A stretch of DNA of 63,713 nucleotides, the filler included, from Circinaria calcarea (Eukaryota), in the NCBI GenBank assembly GCA_051942165.1. It is 24 parts of 24 records of this genome, joined end to end, with 100 filler letters (N's around TTAATTAATTAA, not from the genome) between each part and the next. Parts side by side here need not be neighbours in the genome. Positions count along the whole stretch, not along the records: positions 47,904 to 50,456 come from JAVECS010003443.1; positions 50,557 to 53,109 come from JAVECS010003444.1; positions 53,210 to 55,761 come from JAVECS010003445.1; positions 55,862 to 58,412 come from JAVECS010003446.1; positions 58,513 to 61,063 come from JAVECS010003447.1; 19 more parts are not named here. One strand, written 5' to 3'. The translations under genes and the position numbers were made by a program. Within the stretch, counting starts at the first letter, position 1; the number at the start of each line of letters is the position of its first letter. Positions 48,782-60,267 of the stretch are shown here, one piece after another. The notes under the pieces are model-generated. The model worked only from the letters and a program-made list of their open reading frames with translations. It ran no database searches and was not told the DNA's origin.

Positions 48782-48982
48782 TGTAAGGATCCTTTACGAA
48801 TAGTATAACGATCTTACGAATAGGGGTCAGTAAATTGTGTGATAATGTGCTCAATTCGTTCGCATAGCGTATAAATTATTACTAAAGAATTCTGGTGTAA
48901 CGCTTCGTGAGAAAAACCCTTCTCGCTAAGCCAAGACCTCGTGACCTCGGTATATAGTTCACCCGTAGGGTTCGTAGGGTTA
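48782..48982. mobile_element. LTR-like family B fragment
   Basis: Starts TGTAAGGATCC; the first 121 bp are homologous to 46934-47054 and both copies begin at the same TG. Confidence 0.7.
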
Positions 48983-49623
48983 TTGGAGGGGGGGTTTTTT
49001 TTATTATGCTCGGAGGTTATTAGGTAGGCCCGGAATAACAGTGCTCCCAGCCAATTAATACCTCGTCTGCAAGGCCCCCCCCCTGGCCTGGTTTACATAG
49101 CTCTATGTAAGGCGCTGCAATCCTTGGGGCCTATTGAGGAATATGATAAGTCCCGATTGGTAGTTGAACTGTTGCCCTAGGCTCAATATAAGAGGAGTAT
49201 ATTGAACTCGTTATGGTTCTATAAGCATACTATTCTAAAGAGCGGGAATAGCCTGCCTATATAGTGTCTGAGCACACTGAGCACCCGGAGCACCACCGTG
49301 CTCCCTTCGCTCCCCGTGCTCCACCTGAGCATCCAGAGCATCCTGAGCACTCTCCTGCTCCCTATGCTCCCAATGCTCCACTAGTCCCAAGCGATCGCGC
49401 TAGTCCCCCAGTAGTTAGGTCTCCCTAGTATGGCGTGGCGCCATAACACTCTATTATACATCCACAACGCAGCTATATTATACTAGTAGACCTAGTGTGG
49501 CCAATATGAGAACACAATTTCTACCAGCCTACCCTCCGTGCTTTATAATATCAGGCTTAGCTTATCAGCGCCGTGCTCCCGAGCATAATAAATTTCTAAT
49601 TAAAAAAAAACAAAACCCCTCAA
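48983..49623. mobile_element. MITE-like family copy split by a solo LTR; RIP-like mutations
   Basis: Removing 49106-49453 restores the reverse complement of 35071-35364, with many CA>TA and TG>TA differences. Confidence 0.82.
49106..49448. mobile_element. Solo LTR (family A, 343 bp)
   Basis: TGTAAGGCGC...GCGCCATAACA with the perfect TSD CTCTA (49101-49105, 49449-49453). Confidence 0.92.
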
Positions 49624-49649
49624 TTAAGGGTTTTAACAGAGTTTTATAG

Positions 49650-49864
49650 AGCCCGGCGCCGAGAGCTTAAGCCTAATATTGTAAGGCCTAGGTGGCAGCC
49701 TATTATGCTGGTATAGAATTTACGCCCTGGTATTGGTCAGAAACGCTCATTAATATAATATAGCTCCGTTGTGGAAGTACAACGGAGCTACGTAAAGCTA
49801 AGCCGGGGGCTCTCTCCATACAGGGTATGTATTGGTTGGGTCAGAAGTTATTCCGCGCCTAGGT
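49650..49864. mobile_element. Second, inverted and diverged MITE-like copy
   Basis: Perfect 12-bp arms TAGCTCCGTTGT/ACAACGGAGCTA (49761-49790); TAAGCCTAATAT and GTTATTCCGCGCCT shared with the 25556 copy. Confidence 0.7.
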
Positions 49865-50084
49865 TCACACTACACTAACAAGTTTTGCTAAAAGACCCAA
49901 TTCGCCAATTGTCGGCGGTAGGTCGCTCCGGATACGCGGGTCCGCCGGCTTAATCACAAGGTCTAGCTTGAGATATTGTGTTGTATTACTACCAGCACTC
50001 TATACGATCTTCTCTACTACTATAAGAACTCGGCTCCCCGGTACATGCCGACTCTCAATTAGTTACAAAACCGCAAGAGTCAGG

Positions 50085-50456
50085 ATGGTGCAAGTATTAT
50101 CAATTGCAATACTAGCTCTGCTGGTCTTCCTGCTTCTATACGCCTATAGCGTTGCTCGCATATACTTTCGCCGCCCTGCCCTTCTTCTCCAGAATGGCTG
50201 CCAACCCGCTAAGAGATATCCTCATAGCGACCCTCTTCTGGGCCTTGACATCGTATTCGAAATGATTAAAAGCGCCCAAAATGGGTGTCTGCTCAACTCT
50301 CTAACGCAACGCCACAACACCTGGGGCCGAACGTTTCAAACTGTCTCATTCGGGAAGACGATAATCAATACCATCGAGCCCAAAATATTGAAAGCTGTAT
50401 TCGCTACCGAAAGTGCAAACTTCGGCGTGGAGCCCATTCGAGCTCCTCCGGGGCTT
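50085..50456 (+). CDS. Cytochrome P450, CYP52-clan-like, N-terminus
   Basis: TM anchor, NGCQP..RYPHSDPLLGLD, GRTF, INTIEPKILKAVFAT..NFG. Confidence 0.82.
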
Positions 50457-50556
50457 NNNNNNNNNNNNNNNNNNNNNNNNNNNNNNNNNNNNNNNNNNNN
50501 TTAATTAATTAANNNNNNNNNNNNNNNNNNNNNNNNNNNNNNNNNNNNNNNNNNNN

Positions 50557-51158
50557 TTATTGGAGGATTTCGTGATGCCAGTGCGGGAGTTTGCGGCTTC
50601 AGATGGTCGCATGAGGGCAGCGGGATTGGGGCGATAGGCAAGATCGTCGAGTCGGGGGGGCTCGTCGTCGTCTTCGACATTATCTTCACTATCATCGTCG
50701 CCAGAGGCATTGCCGTTACTGGGCCCTTTTTTGGTCTTTGCCGGCTTGGACGCGCCGTTTACCTTTTTTGCATCATTTCGAGCATCATCTTCTACTGCCC
50801 GAAGAATTTTGTCGATTTGATATTTCAGTCGATTTTCTAGTGGGCGAATGCCTTTTTCTAGGTAGACTCTGAGCTCAACTAGCTTCTTAACTACTTCAAC
50901 ATGTACGGCATCACTGCCATCCTCCGTACCATTGGCATCCGTATCAACGCCTCGTGAGTTTGCATCGTTTCGTAATTTCAGGAGTATTAGGAAGGCGAGA
51001 TTCTGAAGATAGGAAAGCAGAAGCTCGTTCTTAGTATCGAGTAATGAGATACCGTCCGTTGGGGGGTTCAAAGATGAGGCATCTGGGATCGCATCCGCTG
51101 TCGATTTCAGCGAGTCTGTCAAGGTTGACAGCAACGCTGGTAACGTTGCAACTGCCAT
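50557..51158 (-). CDS. LCP5: Lcp5/neuroguidin (Sas10/Utp3/C1D domain), 3' truncated
   Basis: DGISLLDTKNELLLSYLQNL...LVELRVYLEKGIRPLENRLKYQIDK...RPNP. Confidence 0.9.
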
Positions 51159-51399
51159 TTCGTACTTCTTGATAATGTGTGCGTCGAGTTTTAGTACTTC
51201 GTATCTCCGGCGTGAAATTTCAGCCGGGTAGTTTTTCACGATTAGTCATCGATTTGCCAAGCCTTCGTTATCGATAAATCTCAGCCTTGTGGCGTTTACC
51301 TTTTTCCGGATCTGGGGAAGACTCGAGAATCACAACGTCTTTGACCTTTCCTAATAAACATTCAAATCTCACCTCAAGTCACTGCAACAGCTAATCACG

Positions 51400-52217
51400 A
51401 TGCCCAAAAAGGCTGCTGGAGAAAATACCAAGAAGGCTGCTGGTAACGCAAAGGTAGAGCTCTCAACATTTGCCATACTCATTCCCTTACCTAAGCTAAC
51501 TCCATTTTCCAAAAGAAAGCCGAAGTAGCAGCCCAGAAATCGGCCGCCGAGAACGCCAAAAAAGCCGCTTCGGAAGACCAAGAATGGAGCAAAGGTGCCA
51601 AATCAACCGCTAAAAAGTCCGCTCCCCCTCCCCGCTCCCCACTCCTCACATCGTCACCCAACGTCCCCTCCTGCTAACCCCTTTCCTCCTATAGAGAAGA
51701 AGCCGAAACCAAACGCCTCGCCGCCCTCGCCAAAAAAGCCGAAAAAGACGCCCTCCTCGCCGAAGAAGAGAAAAACGCCCGCGCCGCGCCCAAGAACAGC
51801 AAAACCGCCGTCAAAAAGACAAATGCCCCGACCCGCTCCCTCGACCTCTCACAACTCGACACTCCCTCAGATACCAAAGCCCCCGCTCTCAACGCCACCG
51901 GTATCGACAACGCCCTCGATGCCCTCTCCCTAACCACTACCCCCGCCTCCGCCCAAACCATCGACCGCCACCCGGAGAGAAGGTTCAAAGCCGCTTACGC
52001 TGCCTTCGAAGCGCGGCGGCTACCGGAGTTGGAAGTGGAAATGAAGGGGTTGAGGCGGAACCAGCGCGTCGAAGTGTGCAGGAAGGAGTTTGAGAAGAGC
52101 GAGGAGAACCCGTTCAATCAAGTGAGCGCGCACTTTGACGCTACAAAGGAGGAGCTCGCGGCGCTGAAGCAGGGCGTAAGAGAAGGCGTGGAGAAGAGGT
52201 TAGGGGAGAGGAGCTAG
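51400..52217 (+). CDS. CCDC124/Oxs1 (DUF1014) family protein, three exons
   Basis: MPKKAAGENTKKAAGNAK|K...WSKGAK...DRHPERRFKAAYAAFE..RLP...NPFNQ; introns start at 51454 and about 51617. Confidence 0.9.
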
Positions 52218-52810
52218 GAAGGCGTGGGGCAGTCGATGAGAGGGGGTAGTGGAGTCAAATTTGGGGAGAAAGAAACGAATTGGTGTGAAAGATTTACGAA
52301 TATGGGTGTGGACGGAGTTTCGGGGGAACCAAAACTAGAAGGAAGCTTTTTTCAACGCCAACATTTGAGAAACGCGGAATTCTCCCGGCCTAGTTTGTTT
52401 GCCCCAAAAAATTGAGAGAACGGAAGATTCGGTCACCGGATATGGAAAGCAGTCTGTCCTACTCAGTAATTTGGCACCACTATGTTCCCCCCTTGTCGCG
52501 GGCACGAATAGTTTTATTAGAAGACATTACTATGAGGAAAGTTTATTTAGAGGTGAGAAGAGTAGTTGGAACAGACCGGAACTAGTCTGCTTTGAAAAGA
52601 GGGAACTGATCTTTGACACCTAGCTTCGCATTGGGATTTTGCAGTTTTGTCTGTTCTTGGTTTTTGAGTTATGCATACCATTCAGGCGCTGCTTCAGTTT
52701 TGGCTGCTTTTTATTAAACGCTGACAGATGATAATGCCGCCAAAATAGAGGACACTTGAAAGTGTTAAATAGAGAGCCAAGCGTACTGTATGCCGAACTT
52801 CTGGTCTCGA

Positions 52811-52910
52811 CTAGAGCGACACCCCATTATGCTAGTGAGACACCCCATTTTGCTAGAAGGACACCCCTAGGCTAGAAAAACACCCCATTCGGCTAGAGGG
52901 ACACCTCATT
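52811..52910. repeat. Five tandem ~20-bp units (CTAGNNNGACACCCCATT), probably subterminal repeats of a DNA transposon end
   Basis: Five imperfect copies followed by an AT-rich tract. Confidence 0.7.
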
Positions 52911-53209
52911 ATAAATATAACGTTATAATTATTTTAATAAATATAGCGTAGTATCCCCGCTTTTTAATACTGTCAAGAATAGGGGTTCTACACTGCGTGG
53001 AGGAACTAGTATTCGGAGCGGTCGAACCATCCACCGAACGCACACATAGCAGAGGTTTTCTGCTATGCAGTTCCATAGTGAAGTCCACACACATAGACTG
53101 GTAGTTACCNNNNNNNNNNNNNNNNNNNNNNNNNNNNNNNNNNNNNNNNNNNNTTAATTAATTAANNNNNNNNNNNNNNNNNNNNNNNNNNNNNNNNNNN
53201 NNNNNNNNN

Positions 53210-54152
53210 GGCCTATAGGTCCAAAGAATGATAGATTTTTATTCCCGTAGAACATGGGATTTTGATTATTCTTGCCTTGATATAGAGCCTCTCGAAACCT
53301 TGCACAAAGGAGGGAATAAATGTAACGCTGTTGGCCTCTAACATGGCCAAGTTTGGCAAAAGTCCTAAGTAGAAAATAGGACAATGCTCCATATTTCTGC
53401 CCATCTATTTCAATGTGCTCCGCAATCTCTGTAGGCCCACATGCGGTGAGGGTTGTATATCCATCTGGATTAAGTAGCCAGTTGGATCGCATAGAGGCAT
53501 TCCGATAGACCGTACGGCTGGCTCCACCTTCTGATTTGAACCAAGACACTGGGGGGTATGCGGCATCTACCTTGGGATCGTATTTGAGAAATCGGGCAGA
53601 TGAATTGTCGCGCATGACACTTCCGGAAAAACAGCAGTCCAGGACAAGTGTTATGATGATGTCCTTCTCCACCATCGTCCTGAGTAGATCCGCTAACTCT
53701 TTTCCGCGAACATAACGTTCGTTTACCTTTGTTGTAACTTCAAGAACCACCAGCGCCAGATCTCCCGTGGAAGGGTTCGAATACCTGCTCGGCATTTGTG
53801 TCATAGCTCCCGTGGAGAGGTTCGAATGATCTTTGTAAGGCTCAAGGGCGGTGCCGTGCCCTGAAAAGTGAATGTAAACAAAATCACCGGCTTTCGCTAA
53901 TGATGTTATATATCTAAGACTCGAAGTCACATTATCATATGTTGGCCAGGTTTTTGGGTCCTCGACCAGGCCGGAAGAATCCTGATTCTTCGTCGCTGTG
54001 AACATCTGTATATGAACACGAACTGGCATTCTTTCTAGATATTTTTCAATACCCTTGACATCTCGCACACAACTTTCCAAAGGCTTTTTTGAGTATGCGT
54101 CGATCCCAATCAAGATCGCATAGTGCGTGAATCGAGTTGGTTGTTCGCCCAT
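53210..54152 (-). CDS. Caspase-like peptidase C14 domain protein (not canonical Mca1), 3' truncated
   Basis: HYAILIGIDAY..LESCVRDV, IHFSGHG (catalytic His), VLDCCFSG (catalytic Cys), LTAC..E.A, GALSYFL, QNP; no P/Q-rich prodomain and no intron in the visible part. Confidence 0.9.
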
Positions 54153-54968
54153 TCTGCCCAAGCAAGCCTTAGATTGGCTAGAAAGGCTAGCGATCGGTGA
54201 AGAAATAGAGCAACCTGAGAAATGGAGATCAAATTTACGCAGTCATTTTTTAAGTATTAGCAGAAAGCAAACTCCGTAATTTGATACAGCGGGACGATGA
54301 ACATGCTTGCAAGTTAGTGAGATGGTAATTCGTGAAAGCCAAACTATCTGAAAAGGGCTCAGGGAGAATTCCTCCAAGGCTGAGGCAAATGCAGCCGGGC
54401 GTAGTCTTCAGTAGATTTACGCAACTCTTGCAAGCCTCATCTTTTGTCAGGCTCGGTGAGAACTCCTACCACCAATAAATGAGGCACTTGGCGGGGCGTA
54501 GTGCATTAGAGCTAACTTGGAGGTACAAAAGAGGCGGAGTACATTAAGAAAGATGCCTAACTTCTTGACCTTCGTCCCAGGGGTCCTCAGGCCTATGATC
54601 CATTGAACACGTCAGACAAGCAGACGCCCGATTGATGTGTTCTGCCGATCAACCCAAACCTGCGCCTGATATGTCGCTCGACTCCAGGCCAGGGGTCAAA
54701 AATTAGTGGCAGTCTCAGAAAATCTTCGTCAGGGTAACAACAAATCTTCCTCCAACCAACACACGAAAATTTTTTTGATACAAATTTTGAATAGAAGATC
54801 GCGATGAACATCTTTGTTCGCAAAGTACTTTTCATACGCGGAGCGGTGTTCGGGTTGCCATCAAGTTTGCCAAGACTGTGAATTGCCACTTATTTTGACC
54901 CTAGGCCTGACTCTTCCCTTCAATGGCTGGTCATTGTGCTTTGGAGGGTGCCACGCTAAGGTAAAATT

Positions 54969-55350
54969 TCATGCAGCTTCCAATATTTTCTCTGCTACTT
55001 CCTCCCCGTTCTTAACAGCTTGACCATTTTCAAGACTGAGAGTATACCTCCCTACAGAGGGAATAGATGCGATGACATAGGGGCCCCCTTCACGAGTTCC
55101 ACTACTGGAGTTAAGCAGATACACCTTATCTCCGACACGAAATTTGGTTGCCTGCAATACTTGTCAGTAAGAGCGTGCCCCACAGCCTTTCCTGGCCGAA
55201 TTACAAACCTGGGTATATTTTTTGACCAGGGGACGGCCACCATCGTCACACCATGAGAACTCGGGGCTTTGGTCGCTGGGTCCAGAATATAAGCAATAAA
55301 ACCGACAATGTAAGGGTTATATTTATTCTCTACCGTTGAGAAGCTGACAT
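54969..55350 (-). CDS. 88-aa three-exon microprotein with an SH3/Tudor-like beta-barrel pattern
   Basis: Exons 55334-55350, 55209-55275 and 54969-55151 splice in frame: MSASQRDQSPEFSWCDDGGRPLVKKYTQATKFRVGDKVYLLNSSSGTREGGPYVIASIPSVGRYTLSLENGQAVKNGEEVAEKILEAA*. The fold is inferred. Confidence 0.72.
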
Positions 55351-55861
55351 TTCATTGAAGTCACTCGGATAGTGCGATCGCTGTAAGTATTATTTGCCTT
55401 GAAAAGGATATGTAATATGCTTGACCTATCTTACGATAAGAGATGCTGGATGATGCTTTATGTATCTCCAGCTTTGATGCTTCGGCTACCTTCATGCATC
55501 TCCTAAACCGCCTTGTTCTCTTCATGCGTGTCGGGCGTGCACAGTGCATATGACTTGAGGCTGTGTGCATTGATTATGTCGTCGGTACAGCACGTTCTCA
55601 TTCGCCATCACGATCAGCCCGTCTGACCAAGGGTGGATTATATCATATTACCCTAATAACCATTTTTGCAATTTCAGGTATCTCATTTTATCTGAGTACT
55701 ATCAACTGGAGGACGCTGCTTCCAAGGAATATCCCATATGGGGAACTGGTGCACCATTAAGNNNNNNNNNNNNNNNNNNNNNNNNNNNNNNNNNNNNNNN
55801 NNNNNTTAATTAATTAANNNNNNNNNNNNNNNNNNNNNNNNNNNNNNNNNNNNNNNNNNNN

Positions 55862-56848
55862 ATAAGCAGTCATCCCCTGGATGACGCTTTCAAGAGAATC
55901 AAGATGCTCAACCAAAACGGTTGTAATAACGGCGGCGTATTTGTCGTCATTCATCGAAGCTCCGGCCGGAAGTGCATAGAGAAAGGGTTCACATCAAAAG
56001 CCGTCATGCAAGGTAAAGCCGAACACGAAATAACAACCTTGAGATCTCTGAGACACAAGAATGTCGTCGAGTACATTGACGCATTCTATGATGACTATCA
56101 ACGCCACCCTGTGGCCAGTATCTACATGGAGAACTGTGATCTCGGTACGCTGGAGAGTTGTTTGAAGCAGCATATCGCTGCTGGCAAGACGATCAATGAA
56201 AACTTTGTTTGGAGCATCTGGGGGCAGCTCGTGAACGCCCTTGGATATATTCAACATGGCTTCCAAGAGCTGATTACTCCCCTTGGGACCACGACCCAAC
56301 AAGCTGATCCTCGCTGGAGAGGATTAGTGCATAGGTCAGTTTGACTTTCGTTCCACCCCATGACTATGCGGAACTTTTCTTAACACATGCAATTTAGGGA
56401 TATCCATATCGGAAACATCTTCCTCAAGACCCGCCCTGGCAAACATCCCCGCGTCCTGCTTGGAGACTTCGGCGAAGCGATCATCGTTGAGAGCACGCAG
56501 GTGATGACCGATAACTTCCAGTACAAGGATCCGTACTGGGCTCCGAATGAGGCACCAGGATACGGGTTCCCTAGCGATATTTTCATGCTTGGATCCTTAA
56601 TACAGGCTGTGGTTCTTTTGGACATAGAGGGAGAGGTACGTGGGACGGACTTTCGGGATATCGGGCGTCGATTCAATGTCACTGGACCGCGATACTCGGC
56701 ACAGCTCAAGGAAGCACTTTGCATGATGATGCAATCAGATTGGCATCGACGTCCTACTATCAAGGAAATTGCACGTCTCATTTTTCCTTTGGTGGACGAA
56801 GTAAGGCACGGGTACGGTGTACCTGACTGGTCCTTTGACCACCACTGA
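55862..56848 (+). CDS. Divergent Ser/Thr protein kinase (NIMA/NEK-like), 5' possibly truncated
   Basis: CIEK, HKNVVEYIDAF, MENCDLGTL, VHR|DIHIGN, GDFG, SDIFMLG, RRPT; intron 56335-56397. Confidence 0.85.
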
Positions 56849-57037
56849 TGCTGGTAAAGCTCATCCGGTAAGCAAACCCACTCTCAGGATGAGACGTCAA
56901 CTACTTAATTGACAGTTCAGTCTACAGTTACCAACATGCTTCTGCTGTCTTTGCTTGCGGACTCCTTCAATTGTACCTACTTTTAGTCTTTGTTGCTCTA
57001 CCCTTGGAGTTCATTGGCAATAATGGTATGAACAGCT

Positions 57038-57143
57038 AAGTATCAGGTAAGATTCTTTATCAACCAATTCAAGAGTACCACGACTAAACGAACATACCCT
57101 TCCAGGACTCAAGGTCTCGCGGCTCGAACCTTCATCACTACTT
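57038..57143 (-). ncRNA. Weak candidate box C/D snoRNA
   Basis: AAGTA-GTGATGA...CTGA-TACTT: C box, D box and a 5-bp terminal stem within 106 nt; no guide target recognised. Confidence 0.25.
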
Positions 57144-58512
57144 GTCAAAGATGTAGCGTTCTTGCTGGGCGGTTGGGTGGATACTACATTTCTATGCAGT
57201 ATCCCGGAATTCGTTGTATGCCCTCGCAGTGCATCTGGTTTTCAATTGTTAGCGTGCATCTTGATCTCTTCGCGGCAGATAAAACCAGACTAGGTTCATG
57301 GCAGTGTTCGAAATACCATATAGATCCAGACATGCATGTGATGTAGATTGTCATCTTGGATGCTTGCATACAGCTTCCCATCAGACCGAACTAGCTAGAG
57401 TACAGTTGAACGTCAACAAAATTTCAAAGCTCTCCTACTATGGAGTTGGATACGACGGTTCAATTTATACCAGCATTGACACAATATCACCCAACGACCT
57501 CCCCTTCCGCCCCTTTTCCGATTCTCTTACCTACACCTTCATATCCCTATTGCATGGGGCTCTAATACCCCTTCATCGTCCATAGCATCCCCCTCATCAC
57601 CCAATTCGATTTCCTTTCACAAGCCCGCAAGCTCTTTGAAATGTAAAGACCGTACTGGAAAAAGGAAAGAAGAAGCCCATGCTAGTGTAGTAAGGCACAG
57701 GAAGTGTGAATATTGTGTATCCCAGCCCTCGACCGCACTCCAACCCGCTCGTCTTTATGATGAACCCTTGCGTTTATGGTAAGGCCAATATGCCTGTGTT
57801 ATAGGCCCCAAACGAGTGGATTCAGAGCATCAATGGGCACCGGGTCTAGCTAAACTGCTTTGATATGGGCAGATCGTGCCAGTAAGGTGTGAGATCTCTA
57901 GCAACAGTAGAAACCGATTACTGGTAGAGGATTAGGTATCTCAGTTCCCAACCTGTGCTTCTCTCATCCCAACGTGCATCAGCCGTTTCTCCACCAAAAA
58001 ACTTGGGGGGAAGTCGCCGGGGGGGAAGGCGTCCGGTTTTCTTTGAGGTAATTACCTAGTAATGAAACCAAATTTTTTGAATTATATGCATAGTAGAACT
58101 GTATAGTCTTGACTTTTTTGCGATTTGGACTCGAATTTCGATATCGCGATTAATTTTATACTTCTCATGCGTATTACGGCCCAAAATTATACAATTCTGG
58201 TGGGCATTGCATACAAAATTTACAGCGTATTATTAGCCACGAAATACCGGTACATACTAGGACTTAATGGAATGGTTCTATGCAAACGGAGCGGCACACT
58301 CACCCCCCGCTTCGCCAAAGCGGGGTAAGAAGATTGAATAGCAGACGGAGGCCCTCAATTCTTTCTGCTTTCTGCATTGCTATTATTCTTCGCATATGCT
58401 CGCCGCCGCCAANNNNNNNNNNNNNNNNNNNNNNNNNNNNNNNNNNNNNNNNNNNNTTAATTAATTAANNNNNNNNNNNNNNNNNNNNNNNNNNNNNNNN
58501 NNNNNNNNNNNN

Positions 58513-59098
58513 GCGCACCGTCTAGCCAAGCATAGATACGGCCGCGAAAGTCCCTGCGGGATCGGAGTTCTCGCACGCGGAAATTATCGGCAATACTATC
58601 GGCAACCCAGTCCGTCGAGGTGAACTGATCGTACCATACTCGATCGTCGGCAACCATCGAGGTCTTGGTCTCCGTCAGGCTGGTGTCTTGTTTCCTCCAG
58701 TTTGAACTTACGGCCGCTGCCAATCGGAGCCCTAGTGAGCCAGAGCGTCGATGATGCATGGGTTGTCGAAGGCTGCCCGAGATGCTGTTGCGTCGGGAAA
58801 AGCGCGGCAACGAGGTGTTTGGCTCACTGGTATAGTTTCGAGACCGGCCAGGATCCGAGTTGACCAGCAAACTGGAGCGTTCATCGACCTGCAGCAGTGG
58901 AGGCAGCCTGTTACGGAGGTCTAGCGTAGATGGCTTGGCCGAGTGGAGATGTCGACTCGCGATCGGTGAAGAGGAGGCTGTGGGAGGACCAGTGTTGGGT
59001 GAGGCTCCTTCTTCCTCTTCACCTTCTCCATCCTCATCTCCATCATTATGCGGCGTGGACGGCTGACGGGAAGGCGTCGAGCGATTGGAGTAGGGCAT
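58513..59098 (-). CDS. CLC voltage-gated chloride channel/antiporter, N-terminus
   Basis: Disordered N-terminus, then RVWYDQFTSTDWV.DSIAD..RVRELRSR, typical of fungal CLC proteins. Confidence 0.82.
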
Positions 59099-60267
59099 AG
59101 CAGAGTACGGCGCAAAGGCTAGGTGTGGTATTTGACTGCATTTGCGCATCTAGAGTTAGCTATGGATTATATATGACTCTGCCAACGGGGGCGTTGAGAG
59201 CATTTAACGCGAGAGTGAAGCAGCCCGAGCAATAGGATAAAATAAAACGTGATAATCGTACATGATCTAGCATTAGATTGGGGTCAGTGTGCCGGGCAAG
59301 CATGACCAGCGGGAAAAAGGTGCCTCGAGAGGTTTCCGTGTAGTAAGACGCTGAGGCTCGTGAGAGTCACGGAGCTTCTTCAACGGCGCCAATGATGACA
59401 GTTGTTGCTAAAGGCAGCAACAACTCGCATGCGAGTAATCAGGACTATTGTCCTAGTCCCGCTTGAGCCTCTTCCTCAGTCTCGCACAATGAAGGGGCTT
59501 CAACGTTGCGGGGCGGAGAGCAAGAATGCTGGAAGAGGCAGTGCGCGCATTGTTTCAGAGAAGATGCGCCAGTCGCGGCCGCTATATCTGTCTTCTGCGC
59601 TACCCAAGACTCGAACACGTCGGCCAATAATAGACGGTGTGTGTGATTAATCAGGAGGATGCAGAGCAAATGGTGGCATCGGCCGTTGCATGACTTGAGC
59701 ACGCCTTGAAGCTACCCCTTCCGTGGGACTATCTCCGTAATAGCGGTGGCAGTAAATCGTCAGTCACTTGATTATTGACAGGTGCAGGCTCCGCATAAAG
59801 CCATATGATCCATCAACTGCACAATACGTCGCGTCTGGTGCTGGCCGTCACGGTCGGAAATGCGGAGTGGAATGGAGACTAATACCCGCGCTGCCACCAG
59901 ATTGGATACATGGGCGTCAGGATTAACAGATTGATGATGAATCAACTGTACGAGTACAAATACACGCTCTATGGCCTCATTTCCCGCATGACCGGTATCT
60001 CGGCTTACTTGCTTGGAGGGTTTTCAGCATCCAGGCTACCCAAGGCAAACCGCTTTGGTACTGGAATGTCTCAGCCCGGTTCCGAGTATTTGAAAATCGG
60101 ATACTTGTCTAACATTAGCCTCGACCGTACTACCTAGATACATCTACTTTCGACTTGAGGCGACCAAGACGATCGGACCCGTGACCCACGCTCTCTCGTC
60201 GACCAGCAGACGGCGAGCTCAGAGCCCTAGCCAAGTTGGTGCCGCGGGGCTGAAGAGTAAATCAGCG

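Noticed and set aside
52811..52910. CRISPR-like array
   Set aside because: Units are contiguous with no unique spacers, there are no cas genes, and the context is eukaryotic.
53210..56848. Caspase-like gene plus kinase as one cluster
   Set aside because: They are separated by the linker at 55762-55861; adjacency comes from length sorting.
58304..58326. GC hairpin CCCCGCTT-CGCCA-AAGCGGGG as a terminator or Helitron end
   Set aside because: Eukaryotic DNA, no U tract, no CTRR end downstream and no second copy in the window.
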